Shown here one piece after another: positions 9,802-19,894 of a stretch of 64,000 nucleotides of DNA (within the stretch, counting starts at the first letter, position 1; the number at the start of each line of letters is the position of its first letter). The notes beneath the pieces are model-generated. The model searched no databases, was not told the DNA's origin, and saw only the letters and a program-made list of their open reading frames with translations. The position numbers and the translations under genes are program-made. This DNA is from an uncultured Acidobacteriaceae bacterium (GTDB lineage Bacteria; Acidobacteriota; Terriglobia; Terriglobales; Acidobacteriaceae): positions 298,016 to 362,015 of the forward strand of contig CAWKID010000003.1 in assembly GCA_963849545.1 (NCBI GenBank), in the 5' to 3' direction.

Positions 9802-9888
9802 CTATCGGGCGCTTACCTTATGGACAAGTAAAAATAAGCCGCAAGGGCGCCACATCGTCGGGCGGCAAAACATAAAGAGGAGATCTCA

Positions 9889-10053
9889 ATGATTGCTGTC
9901 TTGAAGACCCTTCACAGGGAAGAATCTGGCCAGGACTTAGTTGAATACGCATTGATAGGTCTGTTAATCGCACTGGGCGCGCTTACCGGGATGGGCCGGC
10001 TCGCCAGCAGCATCAATGCCGAGTTCACCAAGATCGCAGGGAAACTCACCTAA
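9889..10053 (+). CDS. flp: Flp family type IVb pilin (54 aa, below ORF-track size cutoff)
   Basis: My translation is MIAVLKTLHREESGQDLVEYALIGLLIALGALTGMGRLASSINAEFTKIAGKLT. It has the Flp motif G/QDLVEYALI plus a hydrophobic helix. AGGAG lies 7 nt upstream. Confidence 0.8.
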   Translation: MIAVLKTLHREESGQDLVEYALIGLLIALGALTGMGRLASSINAEFTKIAGKLT

Positions 10054-10232
10054 TCCACAATTTTGCCGATTGTAGCGTTAGTAAAACAGCCGAACTTGGC
10101 TGCTTTACGCTGCGATTGGCAGGGAGCTGCCCTGGCAGGCGACTGCTCCCACCATGAGGACCTGAGTGAGATTTCCCGACAACCATGGGAAATCTCACTC
10201 CAGATCCCCTTCTTCCCTTCTCTCCTACTCCT

Positions 10233-12635
10233 CTACGGCGCGAAGTATCCCGAGATGTCCAGGATCAACTGCGTCAGCCGCCGACGCATATGCGTCGATC
10301 GAGCCGTTCGTTCGTCGGCACAATTGCCATGTTGGAAGTAATCGCGCCATCCAGCGCGTTCAAGCGTCGACACCACCGGCTGTGTCCTCGCCGTCGGGCC
10401 ATAGCGTCAGGAAGCCGAGGCGACCGCTCGGCACCACCGTCGCGTTGAACACGTACGCCTGCGCGTTGACCGAAGGTGCGCAGCTACTGCCGACTACGTT
10501 CACGGTGAGTTCGCCGGTGAACGGCTGACCGTTGCCGACGTGGCGCGTATCGATCACGCGGCAAGGTGTCGTGGGATACAGCGACATCCCGCCACTTCCC
10601 GGCGCTGGTCGCGAAGTAGCCGTTGATGTCGACCAGTCAGATCGGTGCTTCGCGACGGATAGACGGCAATGCGCGCCGTCCGTGCCGGCGGGCACAATCG
10701 CGGCGTTCGCGACGATTGGTCGCCGTGGGATTGTTCAGCGTGGAAACCGTCGGCTGCTTCCGCCCGCAGGCCACACCGTCAGGTAATCCAACGGCTGCTG
10801 CCCGACGGATTTGGAACCACGGTGAAGTTGAGCGAGTAGGCCTGCACGGCTGAAGTGGAAGCATTCCGCAGACAAGGACTTTCCAGCAGCGGGAAATCGC
10901 GCTCCGTTGCGCCGACCAGATACGGGCCGCCAAGATGACCACTGGGACCGCGTGTGTCGACCAGCGCGGCACGGCGGCAGCGGATAGAACTCATAGGTCT
11001 GCGCCGGAGGTCGAGGCGAAGTAGCCGTTGATGTCGAGCAACACGTCGGTCGTATTCGGTGACGTAGACGCTCACGGCTCCGCCGGTCCCCGCCGGAACG
11101 ATCGCGGCATTCGGCCTTGATGCGGCCGTCCAGCGAGTTCATGGTGGACGACGTACGGGCTGGCTCTGACCGGTGGGCCAGATCGTCAGGTAGCCCAGCG
11201 AGCCGTGTCGGAACCGACAGTCACGTTCAGCGAATACGCGGCCGCGTTGGCGGGAATGCCGCACAGGATCCCTGCGGAATCGCAAAGCTGCGCGCCGTGC
11301 CTACCCGGGATCGGCGGCCCGCCGAAGGGACCGTCGGCATTGCGCGTGTCCACCACGCGGCACGGCGTCACGCGGCACAAATTGCACCGGCGTCGGCGGA
11401 ATGTCCGGGATTGAACGCATAGATCGTTCCGTCGTCGTGGGCTCCGCCGGATGACGCCGTTCCATAGAGGTTTCCGTCGCTGGCTTGAATCATTCCCGCG
11501 AACGGCATGTCCCCGTCGGTAGTGTGGTTGAAGCTGTGCATTGTGGTGAAACTTCCACCCAGTGTGATCCGGAAGATTGTGCCACAGCCATTCGAACAAA
11601 TTGTGTGGATCCCGCCTAACCAGGTTGTTCCATAGAGGTTGCCATCGCTGGCCTGCACTAGTGAGCCATAAAAGGGATTCTTGCCGTCGGTGCAGTCGGC
11701 TTGCGTGCAAAAGCTGTAGAGACTGGTGAAAGTGCCGGTCGGCGTGATTTTAAACACTGTCCCGCAGCCGCCATTGAGGCCAGGGACACAGTTCGTCCCG
11801 CCCTGCCAGGTTGTCCCGTAAAAGTTTCCGTCGCCGGCTTGCACCAGCCCGGCGTAAGGCCTTGACTCCGTCCGTGCAATTGGTTTGACTGCAAAAATTG
11901 TACAGGGTGGTTAGAACGCCGGCTGGCGTGATCTTGAACACTGTGCCACAGGCGTCAAGGCCGTCACAGTTGGTGTTATGACCGCCGCCATAAGTTGTCC
12001 CGTAAAAGTTCCCGTCGGTACCCAGTATCAGGGCGCCGAACGGAGCTGGCGCCGTCACCGCTGCTGAAGCCGTACAGTGTGGTCAACACTCCGGCGGGAG
12101 TGATCTTGAACACGGTTCCGTAGCCGTTCGGCCCGCCACTGATCGTTGTCCCGTAGAAGTTACCGTCTGTGCCCTGCACCAGCCCGGCGTAGGGTCCAGC
12201 GCCGTCGGTTCCGTCGAAGTTATGCAGTACGCTGAAGCTACCGGCTCCACTGATCACGAAGACTGTGCCGGCACCAGGATGAGTCCCGCCCTGAGGGGTT
12301 GTCCCGTAGAAGTTTCCGTCGCTGCCCTCCACCAGCCCTCCAATGGGGCCTATGCCATCAGTAAGATTGAAGCTATGCAGCGTCGTCAGTGCGCCGTCGG
12401 GCGTCACTCTAAAGACAGTGCCGTAGGCCCTGCTACCTCCGCCGCCGCCCGACGTTGTTCCGTAGAAGTTGCCGTCGCTGGCCTGGATGACGGGTGACTC
12501 GGGAGCAGCGCCGTGGGTTCCGTCGAAGTTCACGAATGTAGTCAAGGTTTGCGCAGACAAGCCGATCGCAGCCGCTGCCAGAAATGCCGATACAACAATT
12601 AAAGTCGACGAAGTGCGCTTCACAAATGCCTCCAC
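10233..12635 (-). pseudogene. secreted GloVer (Gloeo_Verruco-type) repeat protein with three C-terminal 'PCRVVDTR' modules; broken by about 10 +1 frameshifts as assembled
   Basis: Signal peptide MEAFVKRTSSTLIVVSAFLAAAAIGLSAQ. Repeats of the form DG..P...L.Q.SDGNFYGTT..GG....GTVFKITP.G.LTTLY.F are spread over fragments 11976..12635, 11750..12058 and 11368..11844. PCRV(V/I)DTR...AQAYxxNxTVVP...LWP modules follow in 11186..11710, 10779..11075 and 10360..10695. Manual re-framing continues to NGSIDAYASAADA.LILDISGYFAP with the stop at 10235-10233. Confidence 0.8.
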
Positions 12636-12990
12636 GGCGAATGGCTCGTCGCGCCCGAGCCGTGCGAATCAGCATCGGTCTGCGAATCAATGGTGCGGTT
12701 AATGGGGCCGGAAGAACTAACGTGGCTACCGCGGCGAAAATGGCACGTGTCGCAGAGCGGCAGCGGGATACCTGGGTTTGGCCATGACTTATATCCCAAT
12801 TCGGAGGCGAAGGCCAGACTATTCGCTCAACATGAGCACTGCCCCGCTTACAGCCTGCGAACGTCGGGTGGCGGCCTGTAATCGGCCTGTTAATGTCGAT
12901 TTTGTATACTGCTTGCGTCTTGCGGAATTGTTTTCGCGCATTCTCAGTCGCACGCTATTGAATAGCGGACTCTGGACTCGCATCTCTCTC

Positions 12991-13864
12991 ATGACCCTCA
13001 TACGACTGATCGTCACCCTGCTCTTCTCCGCTCTGGCATTGGCTGCCCAGAATCTGCCTCCAGGAACCGCTCTGCCGGTCATGCTGAGCACATCGCTCAA
13101 CGCGAAGAGCGTCAAGCCGGGTCAGAAGATCGAGGGCAAGTTGATGCAGGAGGTCATGCTGGATGCCGGCAAGCTGAAGTCCGGCTCACACGTGACCGGA
13201 CACGTCGTGTCGGTGACGCAGCCGGGCGCTTCCGGAGCGCGCATCGTGCTGCAGTTCGATCAGCTTCAGAACGAGCACCAGATCATCCCGTTGCATGTCG
13301 GCCTGCGTGCCCTCGCAAGTTCAGCAGAATGTCTTCAATGCCGGGCTGCCGGTGGACGCCAGTTCCTCGACTGAGTCATCACAGGAGTGGGTCACCAAAC
13401 AGGTTGGCGGCGATTTCGTGTTTCGCGGCCGCGGCTATGTCAGCTCCGATAAAGGCAGGGTCGGAACGTGGTCGGGATCTGGCGTGTGGGGCCCGCTGCC
13501 CGCTACCGACGACTGTCCCGCCGGTGACAGCACCAATCCGCAACAGGCTCTCTGGATCTTCTCCACCACCGCCTGCGGCGCCTACGGTTTCGAGCACACC
13601 AAGCTGGAGCAATCCGGCCTGACACCTCCCCTCGGCCAGATCGTCCTCAGTTCCCCGAAGGACATCGACGTACGCGGAGGCAGCGGGTGGCTGCTGATGG
13701 TCGGTCAGCCCGGCAACCGCTCCTGCGACGCAGAAATAAGCCTTCCCTGTCGCCGACTGCCCCTCTCACTTACAATGTGTGCTCGCGATTGCCGACCGCC
13801 TGAGACAACAGGAGAGCGCCGGAACTGCTCTAAGTTATTTCGCACGTATTTGAAATCGACTTGA
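12991..13864 (+). pseudogene. secreted hypothetical protein, one frameshift near 13310-13330
   Basis: MTLIRLIVTLLFSALALAAQ signal peptide in ORF 12778..13374, continued in ORF 13295..13864 (..NVFNAGLPVDASSSTESSQEWVTKQVGGDFVFRGRGYV..). The true 3' end is uncertain (an alternative TAA lies near 13737). Confidence 0.45.
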
Positions 13865-13871
13865 GGTGACT

Positions 13872-14162
13872 ATGCAGAGCTGGAAGAAGGCACTTGTATT
13901 CGGATCGATTGGAGCGGGAGCAGTACTGATCATCACCGGGCGCCGGCCCGTGGGCATGGCTTGCGCCGCAGCCGGACTGGCCGTTCTGGCATCCGAATAT
14001 CCCGAGCGCTTCGAGGCGGTGTGGGAGAATGCCCCCGACTATCTGCATAAGGGCATGCAGATCTTTTCCACGTTGCAGAAGCTGGGTGAGAATTTCGCTG
14101 AGCAAGCCGAACGCCGCAGCGTCGACACCTGGCGCACGATTCGTTCGGAATACGGCTCTTAA
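13872..14162 (+). CDS. small membrane protein, hypothetical
   Basis: ORF 13866..14162. The internal ATG at 13872 follows GAGGTG. One hydrophobic segment (ALVFGSIGAGAVLIITG) and a charged C-terminus. Confidence 0.5.
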   Translation: MQSWKKALVFGSIGAGAVLIITGRRPVGMACAAAGLAVLASEYPERFEAVWENAPDYLHKGMQIFSTLQKLGENFAEQAERRSVDTWRTIRSEYGS

Positions 14163-14166
14163 GCTG

Positions 14167-16692
14167 CTAGGAGTCTTGCGGACGCGGACCGGGATGAATG
14201 GTCTCGATGCGACGCTGGTGTTCTGCATTGCTGGGAACTGCCCAACCATTTTCCTGTTCCACTACTCGAACAATCGGCAGGCCGCTGTCTTGAACCGTCG
14301 TCTCTGGTGTCGCCGGTGAGCCATCGGTCGACCAGATCCGTTGCAGCATTCCACCCGCGACCGTCTCCGACATTGTCGGAGTTCCACCAGTTTCCAGAAC
14401 GACGCCGCGATCGGCCTGTTCTGCCGGGGTTAGCACCACGAAGCGCGACGTCAGTACGCGCTGGTTGAAACTTCCAAAGACAAACTGAAATGCCTCCGGA
14501 TGTTCTGGGATGCCACCATCTCCAACGTAATGGACCACGTACTCTTCATCGACGATGTCGCCTGCTGCCAGCGATGACGGCGACAGCGCGATCTCCGCGG
14601 AGGAGCTGAGGTCGCTGGACGATCCGTCGGAATGAAGGACACGCAACACGAGCACCTCGGCTCCTCGCGGCGGATTTAGATAGGCTGCGGGTTGCGCAGC
14701 TTCGTCAGCTGCAAGGCGCCGGGCAGTGTGAATGTAGAGCGACACGCTTCCATCGGATCGCGAAACGGCAACGTGGTCGTTGAGCAGATCGACTGCCGTA
14801 GCCGCCGCTCCTTCGCGCCTGATCTCATGCTCGATTACCGCGACGTCACGGCGATACGGCTCGTAGAATTCAGCGGTGTCCTCGACTGTCTTTCCGGCTT
14901 CTGGCGCACTCGCCGCGAGGCGATGATAGCGCTCGGCGCCGGGAGCGACGTGCAGCCATTCGGCGGCTGCCTGCTGCGCCGCTCGATCGTCGCCCGCAAG
15001 TTGCAGTTCGCGAACCAGCATCAGGCGAGCCGGGCGATTCAGCGGAGCCGCAGCCAACAGTTGCCGGACAGCGTTCGCCGCCGCTACATGACTCCCCTGC
15101 TGTGACAGCGCCTTCGCATAGTCGAGCGAGTCCGGCGCGCAGCCCTCAAGCTTCTGCTGTATCGTGCCGGCGTTAGCTGGCTGTTGATGTGCACGGTAGA
15201 ACGTTATGAAGCTCTGCAAGTTCGCACACGAAGGATGAGCGGCAGCTCGGCGTGCCCACAGGCTCTCCAGCTTCGCCTCGCTCATGGCGGTGAAGGGTCC
15301 CGCGTTTGTCGCAACTTCTAAGGCCTGTTCGTTGGTTGGCTCAACCGTTAAAACCTGGCTCACCAGCCGCAGCGCCCTCTCGCGATCACTAGTCTTCAGT
15401 GCGTTTTGAGCTATGGCTACATTCGCCGAAAAAGCCACGGGAGCAAGCGTGTGAACCTTGTCCCACGCTGTGAGACTTTGTGGAGTTCCCGGTTTCAGGG
15501 ATTGCGCCAGTAGGAACTGCAGGGCAGCTGAATTCGTTGCCGATGCTACAGCGTTAATTTGCGTGACGGCATCCTCGAAATCGCCGCTCGCATAATGGGA
15601 GGCGGCCAACAAGTAAGCCAGTTCCTGGGCGGACGCCTTGGAAGGCAGCGGCGGACGGGCATTGTCTCCATCCGGCGCAATCGCCACTCGCAGCGGCAGG
15701 CCTGCGGATGTGAACTTCAACAACACACGGTGCGGGCCTGAAGGTGCTTCGAAACTATTAGAGCGCATGGCGCGGCCGTCGGCGCTTTTGAGCACGCGCC
15801 GTCCATCGACGTACACCGTGACTCTGCCCGCGCCCTCAACCTCCACGCGCCATCTTGCAGCGTTCAGTGAGCCAAATTGAGTCACGCCGTAATACATGCC
15901 GTGATGCGACAAGTAATCCGGCAAGGTGATGCGTCCGTCTGGAAACTGGAAATTTTCGACTGCTCGGTTTTGATAAAACGCATGCGTAAGATCGTCGACG
16001 CTGGCGATTGAGTCATCCAGTTCCAACGAGCGACGATCCAGCGGGCCGACGACGCGCCAGTCAGTCAGAATGCCGGCCGCCCGCGATAACGCGTAAGGAT
16101 CGAGACCGGGTGTCCCGTCCATCGCGGCCTGCAGCAGCGCAACGCGCAGCTCGATCCACGGTTGATTGGAATTCGCCAGTAATCCTTTTATCTGCGGAAC
16201 GGCTGCGCGGAATTGGGGCGTGTTTCCCGCCGCTTCGCGGATTCGCGCCGACGCCAGTTGCGCGCGTGGATCGCCGGGCTGGGCTTCTGCCGCTTCACAC
16301 AATCGAACTGCGGCGTCGAGCACGGTAGCCCCATCCGCCTGCATCGCTGCCACTTCCATGCGTACGAACAGCGCTTCCACATCCCGCGGATTACGACGCA
16401 GAACCTCCGTCGCCAGCACCCGCGCGCGCTCCAGGTCAGAGCGCACGAACAGCGCGTTCGCAGCCGAGCGCGAAATCAATGTCTCCGGCAGTGCAGCCGT
16501 TTGGCCAGGCCGCGACTTATGGGAAGGGCTCCAGGTGCTGCCGATGCTGGCATGAGGAAGTCCGGAGTTGTCCTCATGCGTGAGGCGCGCGATCGTGGCC
16601 TCCTGCGCCGGTGCGGATACACCGAGTGCAATGGCCAGGCTTAGCAGTGGTGCGACGAAAACTTTCGCTTTGACATGGATCGACGAACCCAT
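14167..16692 (-). CDS. large secreted TPR-like repeat protein, function unknown
   Basis: 848-aa intact ORF. The likely start MGSSIHVKAKVFVAPLLSLAIALGVSAPAQE is a signal peptide. Ala/Leu-rich helical repeat stretches flank a beta-rich middle region. Confidence 0.7.
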   Translation of the reverse strand: MGSSIHVKAKVFVAPLLSLAIALGVSAPAQEATIARLTHEDNSGLPHASIGSTWSPSHKSRPGQTAALPETLISRSAANALFVRSDLERARVLATEVLRRNPRDVEALFVRMEVAAMQADGATVLDAAVRLCEAAEAQPGDPRAQLASARIREAAGNTPQFRAAVPQIKGLLANSNQPWIELRVALLQAAMDGTPGLDPYALSRAAGILTDWRVVGPLDRRSLELDDSIASVDDLTHAFYQNRAVENFQFPDGRITLPDYLSHHGMYYGVTQFGSLNAARWRVEVEGAGRVTVYVDGRRVLKSADGRAMRSNSFEAPSGPHRVLLKFTSAGLPLRVAIAPDGDNARPPLPSKASAQELAYLLAASHYASGDFEDAVTQINAVASATNSAALQFLLAQSLKPGTPQSLTAWDKVHTLAPVAFSANVAIAQNALKTSDRERALRLVSQVLTVEPTNEQALEVATNAGPFTAMSEAKLESLWARRAAAHPSCANLQSFITFYRAHQQPANAGTIQQKLEGCAPDSLDYAKALSQQGSHVAAANAVRQLLAAAPLNRPARLMLVRELQLAGDDRAAQQAAAEWLHVAPGAERYHRLAASAPEAGKTVEDTAEFYEPYRRDVAVIEHEIRREGAAATAVDLLNDHVAVSRSDGSVSLYIHTARRLAADEAAQPAAYLNPPRGAEVLVLRVLHSDGSSSDLSSSAEIALSPSSLAAGDIVDEEYVVHYVGDGGIPEHPEAFQFVFGSFNQRVLTSRFVVLTPAEQADRGVVLETGGTPTMSETVAGGMLQRIWSTDGSPATPETTVQDSGLPIVRVVEQENGWAVPSNAEHQRRIETIHPGPRPQDS

Positions 16693-16968
16693 GCACTCGA
16701 GATGTGGCGCCAAATCCTTACCGCCTGTCTCTGAAGATAGCTGACAGGGTACCCGAGGATTCTCCCAATGGAAATAGTGTTTTTGCCTGATGAGGCTACA
16801 ACTTTTCGGGATGAGAGGCGGCGCCGCGGGCTCAAACAGCCCGCCGTGAAATTCTCCGCCTGTCTCTGGACCGTCAGCTCAAGGGACTTGCACTTCGCGG
16901 ACAGACGGATCCTGGGCTCGCGCGAGGCAGCCTTGGCCGGCCACCAGCAGGTATACTTTCTAAATCGC

Positions 16969-17769
16969 ATGCCCACCAAACTGGAAGAGATCATAGCCTC
17001 AACCCGGCGCAGGATTGCTGCTTCCAAAGCGTCTGCTGACGCTCGCACACTGGCCGAGGCAGCTGGGCGTCACCAGCCGCGCGGTTTTCGCGACTCCCTG
17101 AAGAAGAAGTCCGCGACGGGGCCTGCGGTGATTGCCGAGTTGAAGAAGGCCTCGCCTTCGAAGGGGCTGATTCGGGCGGACTTTCCTGTCGCGGAGCTGG
17201 CATCGGAACTGGAAGCCGCCGGCGCAGCGGCCCTGTCGGTTCTAACCGACGAAACCTACTTCCAGGGGTCGCTGCAGAATCTGGAGATCGCCTCGACAGC
17301 GACCCGGCTTCCCTGCCTGCGCAAAGATTTCATCGTCGACGACTACCAGGTGCTGGAAGCGCGCGCCTATGGTGCCGACGCAATTCTGCTGATCGTCGCC
17401 GCTCTCACGAACGAAGAGCTGTCGGCGCTGTACGCCCGCGCACGCGAACTTCAACTCGATGTGCTGTGCGAAGTGCACGACGGCGAAGAAATGTGGCGGG
17501 CGGTCGATGCGGGTTTCGACCTCATCGGCGTGAACAATCGCAACCTGCATACCTTTCAGGTCGACCTCAATACTTCTCTGGAACTCGCCTCGCGCATGCC
17601 TGCCGGCATCGTAAAGGTAGCGGAGAGCGGAATCGAAACTCGCGACGACATTGCGCGGCTGCGACAGGCCGGCTTCGACGCCTTCCTGATCGGCGAAACG
17701 CTCATGCGCGCCGCTCGCCCCGGCGATGCCCTGCGCGAACTACTAACGCCTGCGGCGGTAACCCTCTAA
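16969..17769 (+). CDS. trpC: indole-3-glycerol phosphate synthase
   Basis: MPTKLEEIIASTRRRIA... with the blocks AVIAELKKASPSKG, LSVLTDETYFQGS, PCLRKDFIVD, IGVNNRNL, ESGI, FLIGE. The ORF-track start 16768 is an upstream in-frame extension. Confidence 0.9.
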   Translation: MPTKLEEIIASTRRRIAASKASADARTLAEAAGRHQPRGFRDSLKKKSATGPAVIAELKKASPSKGLIRADFPVAELASELEAAGAAALSVLTDETYFQGSLQNLEIASTATRLPCLRKDFIVDDYQVLEARAYGADAILLIVAALTNEELSALYARARELQLDVLCEVHDGEEMWRAVDAGFDLIGVNNRNLHTFQVDLNTSLELASRMPAGIVKVAESGIETRDDIARLRQAGFDAFLIGETLMRAARPGDALRELLTPAAVTL

Positions 17770-18443
17770 TGACCCGGCAGCAGTCCATCTGGGTGAAGAT
17801 CTGCGGTACCACCAACCTGCGAGACGCTCGATTGAGCATTGCGGCAGGGGCCAACTCGCTGGGCTTTATCTTCGCCAGCAGTCCCCGGCAAGTGGATGCC
17901 GACGGCGCTGCCTACATCGTCGGCGCGGTGGCGGGCGAAGTGGAAAGCATTGGCGTGTTCGTAGACGAGTCGCCCGCGAGGGTCGGCGAGATCGCGAAAC
18001 GGGTTGGCCTGTCAGGCGTGCAACTGCATGGGGACGAACAGGCGTGGCAGATGGCTGATTTCCGCCGAGAACTTGGCCAGTTGAAAATTATCAAGAGCTT
18101 GGCAGTCAGCAGTTTACAAGATAACAGTCATTCGAAACTTGATGGTTATCTGGAGGCGAATGAGAGCCTGGACGCCATTCTTCTGGACTCCGGCTCGGCA
18201 ACGCAGCGCGGAGGAACAGGCGTTGCATTCGACTGGGAGACTGCCATGCCGATCGCCGCGCGAATTCGCGATCGCATGCCGCTGATCATCGCCGGCGGAC
18301 TGAATGCCGACAACGTCGCCCAGGCGATTGAGCTGTTTCAGCCGTGGGGCGTCGACGTCGTCTCGGGCGTCGAGAGCGTGCCGGGCAGAAAGGACGAAAA
18401 CAAGCTGCGGCAGTTCATGTCCGCCGTTCGCCAACACGCATAG
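17769..18443 (+). CDS. trpF: phosphoribosylanthranilate isomerase
   Basis: ATG overlaps the trpC stop (TAATG). Translation has VKICGTTNLRDA, GFIFASSPRQV, GVQLHGDE, LLDSG...GGTGVAFDW, IIAGGLNADNV, GVDVVSGVE. Confidence 0.9.
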   Translation: MTRQQSIWVKICGTTNLRDARLSIAAGANSLGFIFASSPRQVDADGAAYIVGAVAGEVESIGVFVDESPARVGEIAKRVGLSGVQLHGDEQAWQMADFRRELGQLKIIKSLAVSSLQDNSHSKLDGYLEANESLDAILLDSGSATQRGGTGVAFDWETAMPIAARIRDRMPLIIAGGLNADNVAQAIELFQPWGVDVVSGVESVPGRKDENKLRQFMSAVRQHA

Positions 18444-18458
18444 GCGGTAAAGGGGACC

Positions 18459-19709
18459 ATGGAAGAACCCGGCAACACCGAACCAACCTCATCGGCGAAC
18501 CTCACCCCCGCACAAGCGCCGGAAGCGCACCCGTCCTGCTGGTCGGACGCTTTGGCGCGTACGGCGGCCGCTATGTTCCCGAAACGCTGATGGCCGCATT
18601 GCAGGAGCTGGAAGTCCGCGTACGCCGTTGCGCGTAAAGACAAGTCCTTCCTTGACGAGTACCACCGCCTGCTGGAAGATTTCGCCGGCCGCCCCACTCC
18701 CCTGTTTCTGGCCGAGCGGCTGACGAAACAGCTTGGCGGCGCAAAGATTTACCTGAAGCGCGAAGACCTGCTGCACACCGGCGCGCACAAGATCAACAAC
18801 TGCATTGGACAGGCGCTGCTGGCACGACGCATGGGCAAACATCGCATCATCGCCGAAACCGGCGCGGGCCAGCACGGCGTGGCCACGGCCACCGTCTGCG
18901 CGCTGTTCGGCATGGAGTGCGTCGTCTACATGGGCACGGAAGACATGCGGCGGCAGGAGCTGAACGTCTTCCGCATGCGACTGCTGGGCGCCGAGGTGCG
19001 CGGTGTCGAGTCCGGCTCGCGCACGCTGAAGGACGCCATCAACGAGGCCATGCGCGACTGGGTCACCAACGTCCGCACCACGCATTACCTGCTGGGAAGC
19101 GTGCTCGGCGCGCATCCCTATCCGACGATGGTGCGCGACTTTCATCGCGTCATCAGCCAGGAAGCGCGCAAGCAGATATTGAAGGCCGAGGGACGCTTGC
19201 CATCAGCGGTGATCGCCTGCGTTGGCGGCGGTTCGAATGCGATCGGCGCGTTCTACGAGTTCATCAAGGATCAGGACGTGAAGCTGATCGGCGTTGAGGC
19301 CGGTGGCCGCGGGCACTCGCTCGGTGAGCACGCTGCGCGCTTCGATGGCGGCGGTCCTGGCGTGCTGCAGGGCACCTATTCGTATGTGCTACAGGATCAG
19401 GCGGGACAGATCGCGGCGACTCATTCGGTGTCGGCAGGTCTCGACTATCCGGCGATCGGTCCGGAGCATGCGCTGCTGCACGACCAGGGGCGCGCGGAGT
19501 ATGTCTCAGCGACCGATAAAGAGGCTCTGGACGCCTGCCAGACGCTGGCGCGGCTGGAAGGAATCATCCCGGCGCTGGAGTCGTCGCACGCGATCGCCGA
19601 GTGCATCAAGCGCGCGCCCACGATGCAAGCGTCAGATATTGTGATCGTGAATGTCTCCGGGCGCGGAGATAAAGATATTGGGATACTGCGGGAAAATTTG
19701 CAGTTCTAG
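18459..19709 (+). pseudogene. trpB: tryptophan synthase beta chain, frame-broken (one +1 at about 18613, further break(s) 18459-18540)
   Basis: [23 protein letters not shown] sits in the frame of ORF 18344..18637. [23 protein letters not shown]...HTGAHKINN...AETGAGQHG...GGGSNAIG follow in the frame of ORF 18831..19709. Removing one C from GTCCGCG restores ..[13 protein letters not shown].. Confidence 0.9.
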
Positions 19710-19724
19710 CTGCTTAATTTCTTG

Positions 19725-19861
19725 GCGTCATCCTGAGCGCAGGATCGCGGCTTTTGCGATTCGGAGTCGAAGGACCCCTATGGTCGAACGGTTCAGCCGC
19801 GGTAGCGGTCCTTCGACTTCGTTCGTCCGCTGGCGCGGCTCACTTCGCTCAAGATGACGCC
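19725..19861. repeat. family-A palindromic intergenic element (complete copy)
   Basis: GCGTCATCCTGAGCGCAGGATCGCGGCTTTTGCGATTCGGAGTCGAAGGACC ... GGTCCTTCGACTTC...CGCTCAAGATGACGCC. The termini are inverted repeats. Confidence 0.85.
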
Positions 19862-19894
19862 ATTGCAGACAGGCTTAGATTCAAAAGGAATACA

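Noticed and set aside
8932-10232. tRNA-Arg followed by PilZ/Flp genes as a tRNA-targeted genomic island
   Set aside because: No integrase, no direct repeat of the tRNA 3' end, and no mobility genes. Only a modest AT-richer intergenic stretch is present.
16768-16968. In-frame 67-codon extension upstream of trpC as a Trp leader peptide or longer TrpC
   Set aside because: The extension has a single Trp codon and no similarity to TrpC N-termini. The conserved sequence begins at the ATG at 16969.
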